Shown: positions 9,736 through 19,867, numbered from the stretch's first letter. The stretch: DNA of 64,000 nucleotides from Candidatus Aenigmatarchaeota archaeon (GCA_016202815.1 JACQNZ010000004.1:57522-121521), one strand, 5' to 3'. Notes: generated by a model not told the origin, from the letters alone. Numbers and translations: made by a program.

Positions 9736-11259
9736 ATGAGGAAAATACCGGCTATAATGTCGACCCAGCACCCGGATTGCGCCAGCCTTCCCGATTTCGT
9801 GAAAGGCGACATATTCAGCAACGACGACGAGGTTGCTGAAGCGGCTAACGCCTTTAAGATCGGCTGCGACGAACAGCTTTGGGACTGGGAAGGCAAGGAA
9901 GTGGACACGCATGTTGTGCGAAAGCTGCTTTCTGCGGACGAACGGTTTTTCCGCGAAAACGCGCTTGGCAAGGACGTTTTTATAACTTACCGCATACCGA
10001 ACCCCGAGGTCGAAGGCGCCGAGCGCAAGCTTGTCGTGGAAGCGCTAGAATCAATACCGAGAAACTTCGATGTTGCGAAAAAGTTCTACGGAAACTGCGA
10101 GCCGCCGATAATAGAAGTCGCGCTGCCGATGACGACGTCACACGAACAGATGCTGCGCGTGTCTTCGTACTACGAGAACGTTGTCGTCAATAAAGAAAAT
10201 ATGCCGGTTTACGGCGGCATAAAGCTGAAGGAGTGGATAGGCGAATTCAACCCAAAAACGGTCGGCGTCATACCGCTGATAGAGGACATGCAAAGCATTT
10301 TAAACACCAAAGGAATATTGGGCGGTTTTTTGGCGAACAAGAACGCCGAGTACACACGGCCGTGGATCGCGAGATCCGACACGGCGCTGAACTACGGGCT
10401 GGTCCCGTCGACATTGCTTGTGAAATTTTTCCTGTCATGCGTCGCGGCTTCGGAAGCGGAAACGGGCGTTCCCCATTATCCGATACTTGCCACAGGCGCG
10501 ATGCCTTTCCGCGGAGGGCTAAACCCGGACAATGTGGAAAATTTCCTGGAAGAATATGGAGCTTTCAAAACGTACGCGTTGCAGTCGTCGGCGAAATACG
10601 ATTTTGAGCGCGAAAAGGTGGCGAAGATGATAGATTCGCTAAAAAAGCATTCGCAGCACAAGGCCAAGGAAATGGGCGAGGACGAAAAGCGGGGGCTGCT
10701 AGGCATTGTGGAGGCGTTCTCGGGCGGATACAGGAAAAGGGTGGAAGGCCTGGCGCATGTTGTCAACGTTGTATCAGGCAAGGTGCCGAACAGGCGAAGC
10801 AGGCATTTGCATATAGGGTTGTTCGGCTACAGCCGTAATTTCTCCGATTCTGTAAAGCTGCCGCGTGCGATAAAATTTGCAGCTTCGCTTTATTCGATCG
10901 GGCTGCCGCCTGAAATAATCGGGATAAGCTCGTTGAATGCTGCCGAAAGCAGCGGAAATAAAAACGGGCTTGACAGGCTTTATGTTAACCTAAAAGGCGA
11001 TCTTGCTACAGTGTCAGGTTTAGTTTCCAAATCAGCGATTAAAATAGCATGCGAGAAGGGCTTGATAGGCCAGGAGACGCTGGACATGGTCAATGAAGAC
11101 ATAGAAGCTGTCGAAAGTTTTGGGATCGAAATCGGGGCGAAGACGCTGGAGGAAGAGCAGCACCAGCTTCTTGCCAAGCAGATTGTTTCTAACATAGGCG
11201 ACGGCAAGGTTACCGACAGGATAACCGAGGCTGCGAAAATCAGGAAATCGCTGGGTTAG
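9736..11259 (+). CDS. ppcA: Phosphoenolpyruvate carboxylase, archaeal type
   Basis: About 500 aa with N-terminal IPAIMSTQHPD signature characteristic of archaeal-type PEPC. Confidence 0.8.
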   Translation: MRKIPAIMSTQHPDCASLPDFVKGDIFSNDDEVAEAANAFKIGCDEQLWDWEGKEVDTHVVRKLLSADERFFRENALGKDVFITYRIPNPEVEGAERKLVVEALESIPRNFDVAKKFYGNCEPPIIEVALPMTTSHEQMLRVSSYYENVVVNKENMPVYGGIKLKEWIGEFNPKTVGVIPLIEDMQSILNTKGILGGFLANKNAEYTRPWIARSDTALNYGLVPSTLLVKFFLSCVAASEAETGVPHYPILATGAMPFRGGLNPDNVENFLEEYGAFKTYALQSSAKYDFEREKVAKMIDSLKKHSQHKAKEMGEDEKRGLLGIVEAFSGGYRKRVEGLAHVVNVVSGKVPNRRSRHLHIGLFGYSRNFSDSVKLPRAIKFAASLYSIGLPPEIIGISSLNAAESSGNKNGLDRLYVNLKGDLATVSGLVSKSAIKIACEKGLIGQETLDMVNEDIEAVESFGIEIGAKTLEEEQHQLLAKQIVSNIGDGKVTDRITEAAKIRKSLG

Positions 11260-11285
11260 TTAAATAAGAATATCCAAATAATGGC

Positions 11286-11729
11286 ATGACACCGGAAAGG
11301 GAAATCAAAATAAAGCCGATAGGATTTGTGAAAAACGGCATCAAAAAACCCAGGTTCGGAAATTTTGCGGACGAAATTTCAGAGATAGTCGTGGACAAGA
11401 AATTCGCTGACGGGCTGGATAACATCGGTGATTATTCCCATGTGATCATAGTGTACTGGATGGACAAGGTAAAAGGTTATGTCACAAAACACAAACCGCA
11501 GGGCACCGGGCCTTTAGTCGGGATATTCGCGTGCCGGTGCGCGCAGAGGCCGAACCCTGTCGCGATAACGACTGTGAAACTTCTGGGACGCAATGGAAAC
11601 AAAATAAAAGTCAAGGGCCTTGACGTGTTAAACGGGACGCCTGTGATTGATATAAAGCCGTACTGGCCGCAATACGATAAAGTCAGGAATGGAAAAGTGC
11701 CTTCGTGGGTGGGCAGGCTGAAATTTTAG
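11286..11729 (+). CDS. TrmO/TsaA-family SAM-dependent methyltransferase
   Basis: IGFVKNG...NPVAITTVKLL...GLDVLNGTPVIDIKPYWP matches the TsaA/YaeB-like fold pattern. Confidence 0.65.
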   Translation: MTPEREIKIKPIGFVKNGIKKPRFGNFADEISEIVVDKKFADGLDNIGDYSHVIIVYWMDKVKGYVTKHKPQGTGPLVGIFACRCAQRPNPVAITTVKLLGRNGNKIKVKGLDVLNGTPVIDIKPYWPQYDKVRNGKVPSWVGRLKF

Positions 11730-11780
11730 GGGTTCGGCACATTTTTATACAAAACGCGACAAAGATAATTAAGGAATGTT

Positions 11781-12191
11781 ATGCGGGACCTTGCGCTTTT
11801 GCTTCACATAATGCTTGGGATCTCTTTGGTCGTATTGCCGCTGGTGATACTTTCCAAGCTCGGCAAAAAATCCTCGCTGGCGAGGACTCTTTCCCTTTTG
11901 AGCGCGGGCGCAAGCTGGACCCTCCTTTTTCCTGCCGGCATTTTATACACTATGTTTTATCCGGCTACTAAGACGCTCATCAAGTCAGGAGCATGGCCGT
12001 GGGCACATTCGGTTGTGATGGAAACGAAGGAACATTGGGGCCTGCTGTTGCCTGTGATAACAACTGTGGCGGCGTGGCTCGTCCTTGCGAACAAGGAAAA
12101 AGAAAGCAGGCGATGGTGGGTTCTCGCCGCTGTTTTGGCAGCGTTGCTGGGTGTCATGGGAAGGGTTGTAAAAATGGGGGCTTTGGCATGA
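11781..12191 (+). CDS. Hypothetical membrane protein
   Basis: 136 aa, four hydrophobic segments. Confidence 0.4.
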   Translation: MRDLALLLHIMLGISLVVLPLVILSKLGKKSSLARTLSLLSAGASWTLLFPAGILYTMFYPATKTLIKSGAWPWAHSVVMETKEHWGLLLPVITTVAAWLVLANKEKESRRWWVLAAVLAALLGVMGRVVKMGALA

Positions 12192-12481
12192 CCAAGAAGT
12201 TAAACGTTTACGCAGGGGCGCACGCCGCATCGTGGACGCTGGCAGCTCTTGTTGTTGGCGCAGAGCTTTTGGCGCCGTTAAAGGCCGTGTTAAGCGCAGT
12301 TTTCGGCCACCATTGGATCGGAAAGGCCGTGATCACAACGTTCATGTTTATCGCATTCAGCTACGCGTTCAAGGGAAAGAGACTGTCCAAAAAAACCTCC
12401 GATAACGACGTTGCGTGGAACAGCGCTGTTGGAAGCCTAACCGCGATATTCCTTTTTTATCTGGCAGAGTTTTTACTGTGA
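12188..12481 (+). CDS. Small hypothetical membrane protein
   Basis: ATG at 12188 overlaps upstream stop; hydrophobic 97 aa product; the longer listed ORF start at 11993 overlaps the upstream gene in another frame and is unlikely. Confidence 0.35.
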   Translation: MTKKLNVYAGAHAASWTLAALVVGAELLAPLKAVLSAVFGHHWIGKAVITTFMFIAFSYAFKGKRLSKKTSDNDVAWNSAVGSLTAIFLFYLAEFLL

Positions 12482-12931
12482 TTGTCTATGATACACAAGA
12501 AAAAACACAACGATGCGCCTGTGGGGCTTGTCCTAGTCTTGTTTTTTGCCGCTGCCATAATTTACCTTTTCGCCTCTTCTGACAGTGCGAAGGGCCAAAT
12601 TCCATCGTATGTCACAGGCGATGTGCGCGCGGTTTACGAATGGGCTAGAACACAGGAGGGGAACGATTTGCTGGAACAAATGCCATGTTACTGCGGCTGC
12701 AAGTATGAAGGCCACAAGCATGCCAGGCATTGCTTTTGGAGGGACGACGGGAGTTTTGACAGGCACGGCACAACCTGTTCGACATGCCTGGACATTGCGA
12801 AAAAAACCATGCAAATGAGCAAGCAGGGAAAGAGCGTTTGCGAGATACGAAACGAGATAGACAGGTTCTATGCTCCCAACGTTAACCTGGGGACTAACAC
12901 GCCGATGCCCAGGGGCTGCGCGGCGTCTTGA
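12482..12931 (+). CDS. Membrane-anchored Cys-rich protein with PCYCGC motif
   Basis: N-terminal TM helix then MPCYCGCKYEGHKHARHC and CSTC motifs. Confidence 0.45.
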   Translation: MSMIHKKKHNDAPVGLVLVLFFAAAIIYLFASSDSAKGQIPSYVTGDVRAVYEWARTQEGNDLLEQMPCYCGCKYEGHKHARHCFWRDDGSFDRHGTTCSTCLDIAKKTMQMSKQGKSVCEIRNEIDRFYAPNVNLGTNTPMPRGCAAS

Positions 12932-12956
12932 CCTGTCGGCATTTGAAGGTTTTTGC

Positions 12957-13664
12957 ATGTCAGAACAGCTTGCGTTGGGGATAGTGGTTGCGGCCGCGTT
13001 AGCTGACAGCATAAACCCGTGCGTATTCGGCGTGCTGATATTTTTGCTTGCGTATATGACCCGCGTTTTCAAAAACAAAAACAGGATGCTGCTGGCAGGA
13101 ATTATTTATATCATCGCGGTTTACATCACGTATTTCCTTCTGGGAGTGGGCATATTCACGCTCGCGTACACAGCGGGTTTTGCAAAGCAGTTTTATTGGT
13201 TCGCCGCAGTCGTTGCCATAGCGGCAGGCCTTTTTGAGATCAAGGATTTCTTCTGGTACGGCAAGGGTTTCTCGCTCCAGATAATACCCGGAGGGGCGGA
13301 GAGGATCAAGAGATACTCTAAGTTAATGGAAAGGATGGAAACGAAGCATCCGTTGTTGAGTTTGCTAGTGGCGGCTTTCCTGGGAGTTTTCGTGGTTTTC
13401 GTGGAGCTTCCGTGCACGGGTGCGCCTTACCTTGCGATATTGGGCATGCTGTCCAGCGGCGATTACGCCACAGGTGTTCCCCTACTCCTGATTTACAACC
13501 TTGTTTTCATACTGCCGCTGATTGTCATAGTCGGCCTTGTGTATGCGGGTTACACGTTCAAAACGCTCGAAAACTGGAGAAAAAAGCACAGGGCCCTGAT
13601 GAGGCTGCTTATCGGCCTGTTTTTGATGTCACTGGGCGCGTACATGATATGGGCGGTCATTTAA
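12957..13664 (+). CDS. DsbD/CcdA-like thiol-disulfide transfer membrane protein
   Basis: Polytopic membrane protein with paired conserved Cys in TM segments (SINPCVF and ELPCTGAPYL); start taken at ATG 12957 within the longer listed ORF. Confidence 0.55.
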   Translation: MSEQLALGIVVAAALADSINPCVFGVLIFLLAYMTRVFKNKNRMLLAGIIYIIAVYITYFLLGVGIFTLAYTAGFAKQFYWFAAVVAIAAGLFEIKDFFWYGKGFSLQIIPGGAERIKRYSKLMERMETKHPLLSLLVAAFLGVFVVFVELPCTGAPYLAILGMLSSGDYATGVPLLLIYNLVFILPLIVIVGLVYAGYTFKTLENWRKKHRALMRLLIGLFLMSLGAYMIWAVI

Positions 13665-14805
13665 GCGGTTTTAGGAATTTTTCCAGCCTGTCCATCGCTT
13701 TTTCCAGATTAACCACCGAGGCTGCGTAGCTTATCCTTATCCTTTTGCCGTCGCCGAATTCCGCTCCCGGGACAGTGGCCACGAGGTTTTTTTCCAGAAG
13801 TTGCGCGCTGAATTCTGCGGAATTTTTTGCGCCTTTTCCGAAAAATCCGGACACGTCAGGAAAAACATAGAACGCGCCTTTTGGTTTGTCGATATCAATG
13901 CCCATTTCATCCAATCTTTTGACAACAAAGTCCCGGCGTTTTTCAAACTCCTTTCCCATTGCTTCAACGCTGTCCTGCGGGCCTGTGATAGCCTCGAGCG
14001 CGGCTTTCTGCGCTATCGAATTGGTTCCGGAGGTAGTGTGGTTCTGTATGTTCAGCGCCGCTTTCGTTACGTCTTCGTGCGCGGCGGCATAACCTATGCG
14101 CCAGCCTGTCATAGCGTACGCCTTTGAAAATCCGTTGACTGTTATTGTCAAATCCCTGATCTCTTTTCCAAGCGATGCTATGCTGACATGTTCGGAGCCG
14201 TAAACGAATTTCTCGTATATCTCGTCGGATATCACATAGATTCCGCTTTCTATAGCAAGCCCAGCGATTTTTTCCAATTCTTTCCTGCCCATCACGCTGC
14301 CCGACGGATTGTTTGGGCTGTTTATGATCACGGCTTTTGTTTTCGGCGTTATAGCATTTGCCATGCCTTCAACGCTGTTTACCACAACAGGGTTTCCGCC
14401 GGCCAATCGGATTTGTCCGATGTAACTTACCCAGTACGGAGAGAACACGATGACCTCGTCCTTAGTCTCTACAACAGTTTGCGTGTAATTGTACAGCGAG
14501 TCTTTCGCCCCGCAAGACACAAGCACCTGGCCTGCGGAATAACCGATGCCGTTGTCTTTTTTTAATTTGTCTGCGATTGCCTGGCGTAACTCGGGCAGAC
14601 CTGCGACGGGCGTGTATTTCGTAAAGCCATCGTTCAGCGCCTTTATAGCCGCGTCTTTTATGTTTTGCGGCGTGTCGAAGTCCGGTTCGCCGACGCCGAG
14701 ATCTATGACGTCGATGCCGGATTTTTTCATCTGTTTAACTTTGTTTCCCAGTTCAAGGGTTGCGCTCGGTTTTATGGCCGACGTCCTGGCAGCTAAGGGT
14801 TTCAT
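13657..14805 (-). CDS. Aspartate/aromatic aminotransferase (class I PLP-dependent)
   Basis: NGFSKAYAMTGWRIGY lysine-containing PLP motif and overall AspAT-like architecture. Confidence 0.8.
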   Translation of the reverse strand: MKPLAARTSAIKPSATLELGNKVKQMKKSGIDVIDLGVGEPDFDTPQNIKDAAIKALNDGFTKYTPVAGLPELRQAIADKLKKDNGIGYSAGQVLVSCGAKDSLYNYTQTVVETKDEVIVFSPYWVSYIGQIRLAGGNPVVVNSVEGMANAITPKTKAVIINSPNNPSGSVMGRKELEKIAGLAIESGIYVISDEIYEKFVYGSEHVSIASLGKEIRDLTITVNGFSKAYAMTGWRIGYAAAHEDVTKAALNIQNHTTSGTNSIAQKAALEAITGPQDSVEAMGKEFEKRRDFVVKRLDEMGIDIDKPKGAFYVFPDVSGFFGKGAKNSAEFSAQLLEKNLVATVPGAEFGDGKRIRISYAASVVNLEKAMDRLEKFLKPLK

Positions 14806-14846
14806 AGATCAAAATAATAACGCGAACAATAAAAGCGCGTTGTTTT

Positions 14847-15353
14847 TCACAACAAGTCCAGTTCCAGGCGGACCAGCGACCTGATGTTCCTTATAACCTG
14901 CGCCGCTTCGTGACCTTCATCAATTAGGTTAGGCAGGTCGTCGCCGTGGTCGAACCTGTACCTTCCGTTGGACATGCGAGCACTGAAAACCTGGTTGGGT
15001 GTGAACAGGTGGCGTGGCCGCCAGCCGAGAAGATAATCGCTTCTTGCAAATTCCTGAAGGTCTTCGCGTGAAAAGGTTACGTCGACTGGATGCGTGTGGA
15101 ATTGCGTCAGGAAAAAACCGTTTGCCATGTTTTGCTCCAGGAAACCGTCGATTATTTGTATCATGTCAGGGTCGTCTGTGACCTTGAGTTTTTCTCCCCG
15201 CCCCGTGCGGTAAGACGCTATTACCAGATTATTTCCGGCCGAAGGATACCCCTGCGGTTGGGTGTTGCATATTAAAAAACCGGAGTGCTCTGTTCCTGAT
15301 ACGGAAAGCCTGCGCAGCTTTTCATACTCAACGATTCGCATCAGGTATGCCAT
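14847..15353 (-). CDS. JAB/MPN-like metalloprotease domain protein (putative)
   Basis: FHTHPVDVTFSREDL resembles the JAMM HxH-x-S-xxD motif, spacing one residue off canonical. Confidence 0.35.
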   Translation of the reverse strand: MAYLMRIVEYEKLRRLSVSGTEHSGFLICNTQPQGYPSAGNNLVIASYRTGRGEKLKVTDDPDMIQIIDGFLEQNMANGFFLTQFHTHPVDVTFSREDLQEFARSDYLLGWRPRHLFTPNQVFSARMSNGRYRFDHGDDLPNLIDEGHEAAQVIRNIRSLVRLELDLL

Positions 15354-15485
15354 GCTTAATCAACAAGCCGGAGGAATTTAAGCGCAAAATCAGCAGAACT
15401 CGCAGGCCTTCCTGCTCTTGTAGACTTTCCTTTTGCGTTTTTTCGCAGCCATAGTTATTAATTATCCGGCACCAGTCTTATTGTT

Positions 15486-16352
15486 ATGCCTGTAAATGCC
15501 GGATACGATTATTTCGCTGCACAAAAGAAATATCAGGAAGCCAAGACATTAGATGAGAAAATACGTGCGCTAGAAGAGCTTATTAGAGTGTCGCCCGGCC
15601 ACAAGGGGGCTGAAAATGTGTTGGCTCAGTTGAAAACTAAGCTTTCCAAGTTGAAGTCCCAGAGGGTGTCGGCAAAAAAGAAATCCGGCGGGCGCGTCAC
15701 AACAGTCCCGAAAACCGGGGCTGCGCAGGTCTGCATTGTCGGCTTTGCCAATTCCGGCAAATCCGAACTACTGAAAGCGCTGACAGGGATCGGAGAGCCG
15801 TCGCCTACACCTTATTCAACAAAATCGCCGCGCGTCGGCATGATGCTGTACGAGGACGTCCAGATACAAATTGTGGAGATCCCGTCCAGCATGCAGCCGG
15901 AATTTTTATCCATCGCGCACAATTCCGAGCTGGTTGTTTTTTTATACGATGCCGCGAAGCCCGAAGACGTTGAAAGGCTGATGGAAACAGCCGAGCGGGA
16001 GGATTTGAAAAACGTTTTGTGGGTTGCAAATGTCATTTCGGCCAAGAAAGCGGTGGGCTTTGCAGTAAACGCGTCGACAGGCGAGAACGTGGATGAACTG
16101 AAACGGGCGGTCTGGCACAGGCTAAGGCTTGTGCGGATCTATACGAAAGTTGCCGGGAAACCGGCCGAAACGAGGCCGATGACGCTGCCGAAAGGCTGTA
16201 CGGTCCGCGACGTCGCCCGCGACGTCCACAAGGATTTTTTGAAAAATTTCAAGTTCGCCCGCGTGTGGGGCTCTGCGAAATTCCCGGGAGCGCAGGTCGG
16301 GCTGGACCATATTGTGAAAGACAAGGATACCATTGAGATCCACGTGAGCTGA
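15486..16352 (+). CDS. DRG/Obg-like GTP-binding protein with C-terminal TGS domain
   Basis: G1-like CIVGFANSGKSELL; C-terminal ARVWGSAKFPGAQVGLDHIVKDKDTIEIH is TGS-like; G3 DxxG appears degenerate. Confidence 0.5.
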   Translation: MPVNAGYDYFAAQKKYQEAKTLDEKIRALEELIRVSPGHKGAENVLAQLKTKLSKLKSQRVSAKKKSGGRVTTVPKTGAAQVCIVGFANSGKSELLKALTGIGEPSPTPYSTKSPRVGMMLYEDVQIQIVEIPSSMQPEFLSIAHNSELVVFLYDAAKPEDVERLMETAEREDLKNVLWVANVISAKKAVGFAVNASTGENVDELKRAVWHRLRLVRIYTKVAGKPAETRPMTLPKGCTVRDVARDVHKDFLKNFKFARVWGSAKFPGAQVGLDHIVKDKDTIEIHVS

Positions 16353-16353
16353 T

Positions 16354-16815
16354 TTGTTGGAAAGAAAATTCATCTTTGCGTTGGCTTTTGTTTTGGTTCT
16401 GTTATTTTTGCTGCCGAAACCGTTGAAGGAAAAGACAATCCATTTTCACCCGGGCGGCAATAACGTTGCTTTATCCGTTAAAATAGCGGACACCGGCGAG
16501 GCGAGAGCAGGGGGCCTGATGTTTGTTAAATCGCTTGGCGAAGCGGAGGGCATGCTTTTCGTTTTTCCGGACGAGGCCAAAAGAGAGTTCTGGATGAAAA
16601 ATACACCGGTTCCGTTGGACATGATTTTCGTTTCTTCCAATGGCACGGCTGTCGGCGTGGTTGAAAACGCAATGCCATGTGAAAAAGATCCGTGCCAAAC
16701 TTATTCTGTCAATTCACCGTCCAAATTCGTCGTAGAAACGAACGCCGGTTTTGCAAAGGAGAACGGCATAGGCATTGGCACGCCTCTAAGCGATTTATAT
16801 CAGACAGGCTGGTAA
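16354..16815 (+). CDS. DUF192-family protein
   Basis: GLMFVKSLGEAEGMLFVFPDE...FWMKNTPVPLDMIF pattern. Confidence 0.55.
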   Translation: MLERKFIFALAFVLVLLFLLPKPLKEKTIHFHPGGNNVALSVKIADTGEARAGGLMFVKSLGEAEGMLFVFPDEAKREFWMKNTPVPLDMIFVSSNGTAVGVVENAMPCEKDPCQTYSVNSPSKFVVETNAGFAKENGIGIGTPLSDLYQTGW

Positions 16816-16822
16816 GAATCTT

Positions 16823-17431
16823 ATGGAAAGCGTGAAAGTAAGGAGCATGATGACAACCAGAGTCTCCACAGTAGGCGCGAACCAGACTATAATGGAAGCG
16901 TCGCAGATGATGGGGCGTGAGAAAGTCAATTGCCTTGTTGTCATGGCCGGCCGAAGCCCTGCCGGCATGATCACGGACTCTGACATAACAAGGTATGTTG
17001 TGAGCAAGGGGCTGGATCCGAAGGAAACAAAAGTCAGCGAGGTAATGTCGTCGCCGCTTGTTTTTGTTAGCCCTGAAGACAGCATTGAAAAGGCCAGGAA
17101 AACGCTTTCCGGCCATAAGGTAAACAGGCTTGCTGTCATTGAAAACGGCAACCTTGCCGGGATTATAACAGACGCGGACATTTCGAGAGTGCGAACCGCA
17201 GATAAAATTGATCAGCCACAATCCCCGTTCGACAATAACTTTTCCGAGGGCATGACCAAAAAGCCGGACTGGGACCGGGGAAGCGGATTCTGCGATTTTT
17301 GCGGCAACCACGAGGACGACCTTGTAACATCAGGTGACGAGCGGCTTTGCAGGACCTGTATGGAGCGAAAAAGACAGGCCGGACCATATTGGGTGAGCAG
17401 GAAAAAATCAGGCGAGTCATTTACAGGTTAA
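16823..17431 (+). CDS. CBS-pair domain protein with C-terminal zinc ribbon
   Basis: Two CBS-like repeats followed by CDFCG...CRTC. Confidence 0.6.
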   Translation: MESVKVRSMMTTRVSTVGANQTIMEASQMMGREKVNCLVVMAGRSPAGMITDSDITRYVVSKGLDPKETKVSEVMSSPLVFVSPEDSIEKARKTLSGHKVNRLAVIENGNLAGIITDADISRVRTADKIDQPQSPFDNNFSEGMTKKPDWDRGSGFCDFCGNHEDDLVTSGDERLCRTCMERKRQAGPYWVSRKKSGESFTG

Positions 17432-17435
17432 GGCG

Positions 17436-17705
17436 TTACGCAGCAGAGCGGACTGCGATTTTTGCCGGCTTGTACCTGGCCATAACCGCGTCGGCTTCCT
17501 CCTTTTCCCCGATAGAGCAAAGCTCTTCGTACAACCCGAATATGCCGCGGCTTAGCATTCTCCGCCCCGAACTGTTTCTGTAACCCATTACTTCAGGCGG
17601 GTTGTTCTTGCGTACGATTTGTTCATAATCAAGCATCCTAACAAGCGAGCTGACGTACACGGCTTTCATTCCGGCTCGCGTTCTTTCGTCAATTTTTGTT
17701 GTCAT
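17436..17705 (-). CDS. Hypothetical protein
   Basis: 89 aa ORF, no motif recognised. Confidence 0.3.
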   Translation of the reverse strand: MTTKIDERTRAGMKAVYVSSLVRMLDYEQIVRKNNPPEVMGYRNSSGRRMLSRGIFGLYEELCSIGEKEEADAVMARYKPAKIAVRSAA

Positions 17706-17811
17706 AATTAATTATTCGACCCGGGCGTATTTAACGGGGATGGTTAAACGGGTTGTTGGTTTGGAAAGTTGCCTTTATATTTCTGGGTTTCGGCGATTAA
17801 ACTGATCGGGT

Positions 17812-18750
17812 ATGCTGGCAGATGAGCGTTGGGAACAACTGAAAATATCCGTGGCCTATTACAGGACGGGTATTTTAGACAACCTGCGGACAGTGGCAGG
17901 CAACAAATACAGCAGGTTTGCAGACTATTCCAGAGGCATTCGTGTTGCGTACACAGACATGGAACACGTCGAATCTTACACGGCCAAGGTTCGTGAAGCG
18001 ACCGGTGGTGATGTACTACAATCTTACGCGGAACATGACAATATCACAGGTTTTCCTATGCTGACCGACCATGCCAGGATGGATGTCACGAAAGACGGGA
18101 ATGTCAGGATGGAGCCTAAGAGATTCGTCGGGTCTTGCGGTCCTATGATATTTACGCGCGAGGGCCTTGAAGACCGTTCAAAACCTTCCGCGTATGGGGA
18201 AGAATACGGGCCGTTGAGGTGTTTCCTGCATGAGCTCGGACACTTTGTCGCTTGGTTCTCGGCTAATATGCCAAAACATTTTGTTGGGTATGCAATAGAA
18301 CGCGGGGTCGCAAACAAGAATGGGATGAGCATTTACCGAAAACCGGACACGGACAAACAGGTCGATCCTGCATGTTTGCCTTTCATGAGACTTGGCGCTG
18401 CCGTATACATCCTGAACGAAACCGATGCTGAATATTTTGCCGTGAACACACTTTGCAGGATTGCGGGCGTGCCGCCCAAGGCCACTGAAACTTGGAAAAG
18501 CAGGGACATGGCGGTTGCTACAGGGCTTTTGCCAGCGGAGTTGAGGCGCATGTTTGAAACCGATCTTGACGCGATTAGCGCCATGCTTCGGGAAAATGGA
18601 TTTGGACTGGGCATAACGCCTGAGCTAAGGCATTTCGTTGCTGAAATGAAAAAAGTTCCGGTAATCAAAAGGCCGGTTACTTCTGGTGTTCCGGCTTTTG
18701 ACGACGCCTACGAAACCACTACGGCTGGTTTGTTGTTAGGGCTTTATTGA
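17812..18750 (+). CDS. Hypothetical protein with HExxH motif
   Basis: FLHELGHFVAWF suggests a zinc metallopeptidase-like site. Confidence 0.4.
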   Translation: MLADERWEQLKISVAYYRTGILDNLRTVAGNKYSRFADYSRGIRVAYTDMEHVESYTAKVREATGGDVLQSYAEHDNITGFPMLTDHARMDVTKDGNVRMEPKRFVGSCGPMIFTREGLEDRSKPSAYGEEYGPLRCFLHELGHFVAWFSANMPKHFVGYAIERGVANKNGMSIYRKPDTDKQVDPACLPFMRLGAAVYILNETDAEYFAVNTLCRIAGVPPKATETWKSRDMAVATGLLPAELRRMFETDLDAISAMLRENGFGLGITPELRHFVAEMKKVPVIKRPVTSGVPAFDDAYETTTAGLLLGLY

Positions 18751-18791
18751 AAGACTGTTTGAATCACAGGAATCGGGTATAAATCCGGAGT

Positions 18792-19487
18792 TTGGAAATA
18801 ATAAAGAAGGACGATCAGATGAGTGAAGAACAAATACGTTTATCGGCATCGTCTCTTGGGTTGATGCTCGACTGTGAACGCTGCTTCTGGCTGAAAATTG
18901 TTAAAAAAGTTGATAGACCTAACGGACCTTTTCCTAGTTTGCCAGGCGGCATCGACGCTGTTATGAAGAAACACTTTGATGCCTATCGCAGCAAAGGGCT
19001 ACCGCCTGAACTGGTTGGGAAAGTTGACGGCAAGCTGTTTGATGACATTGAACTGATTGACAAGTGGAGGAATTGGAGGACAGGACTATCGGTTGTAGAC
19101 AATAATATAAAATTAGTTGCGGCGTTTGATGACCTGCTTGTTAACGATGGGAAGTTTATTCCATTTGACGTCAAAACAAAGGGCTGGAAACCGAAGGTAG
19201 ACGCCAAGGATCATTATCAGCACCAAATGGATATCTATGCATACGTGTTGTTGAGAAACGGATACGAGATCTCAGATCACGCTTACCTAGCTTTCTATTA
19301 CCCAGATATTGCCAATGGTGACGGTTCGATACAGTTCATGACGGATGTTGTCAAGGTTGATATTAAACTAGACCATGCGGTCCAGATGCTGAAAGATGCT
19401 GCTAAGGTTATCGAAGGCAGAGAGCCGAAAGCGGCTGATAAATGCGAGTTTTGCGGGTGGAATACAGCTCTAAATAAATGTCAATAA
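18792..19487 (+). CDS. Cas4-like PD-(D/E)xK nuclease with Fe-S cluster cysteines
   Basis: N-terminal CERCFW, nuclease motifs AAFDDLLV / IPFDVKTKG / QHQMDIYAY, C-terminal CEFCGW...C; arrangement matches the Cas4/RecB-nuclease fold. Confidence 0.6.
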   Translation: MEIIKKDDQMSEEQIRLSASSLGLMLDCERCFWLKIVKKVDRPNGPFPSLPGGIDAVMKKHFDAYRSKGLPPELVGKVDGKLFDDIELIDKWRNWRTGLSVVDNNIKLVAAFDDLLVNDGKFIPFDVKTKGWKPKVDAKDHYQHQMDIYAYVLLRNGYEISDHAYLAFYYPDIANGDGSIQFMTDVVKVDIKLDHAVQMLKDAAKVIEGREPKAADKCEFCGWNTALNKCQ

Positions 19488-19864
19488 ACAGTGTTATTAT
19501 CATGGACGATCAGACTACGATTAATGAATTAAAGGGGCTCGTAAGAAAATTTTGTGAAGAGAGGGATTGGGATAAATATCACAATCCTAAAGACCTTGCT
19601 ATTGGAATCATAACAGAATCTTCTGAACTCTTAGAACATTTTAGATTCAAAACAAATGAAGAAACAGAAGAAATGTTTGAGAACGTGAAAAATAGAAAGG
19701 AGATATCAGAGGAGCTATCTGATATATTATATTTTGTTCTTAGGCTAGCGCAAAAATACAGCATAGATTTGTCAGAAGAGTTAAAAGCTAAGATAGAAAA
19801 AAACGGTAAAAAATACCCTATCGAAAAATCGAAAGGATTGAATAAAAAGTATACGGAGCTATAA
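19478..19864 (+). CDS. MazG-like nucleotide pyrophosphohydrolase
   Basis: All-alpha NTP-PPase pattern IITESSELLEHF...EELSDILYFVLRLAQKYSIDL; overlaps upstream gene by 10 nt. Confidence 0.65.
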   Translation: MSINSVIIMDDQTTINELKGLVRKFCEERDWDKYHNPKDLAIGIITESSELLEHFRFKTNEETEEMFENVKNRKEISEELSDILYFVLRLAQKYSIDLSEELKAKIEKNGKKYPIEKSKGLNKKYTEL

Positions 19865-19867
19865 AAT

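Noticed and set aside
11993-12481. Long listed ORF start at 11993
   Set aside because: Its first 65 codons overlap the upstream membrane-protein gene in another frame; the ATG at 12188 gives a non-overlapping start.
15371-15430. Tiny basic minus-strand ORF (MAAKKRKRKVYKSRKACEFC) as a micro ribosomal protein
   Set aside because: Only 20 codons with no reliable match recalled to L41e/L40e-type peptides; could be chance in an intergenic region.
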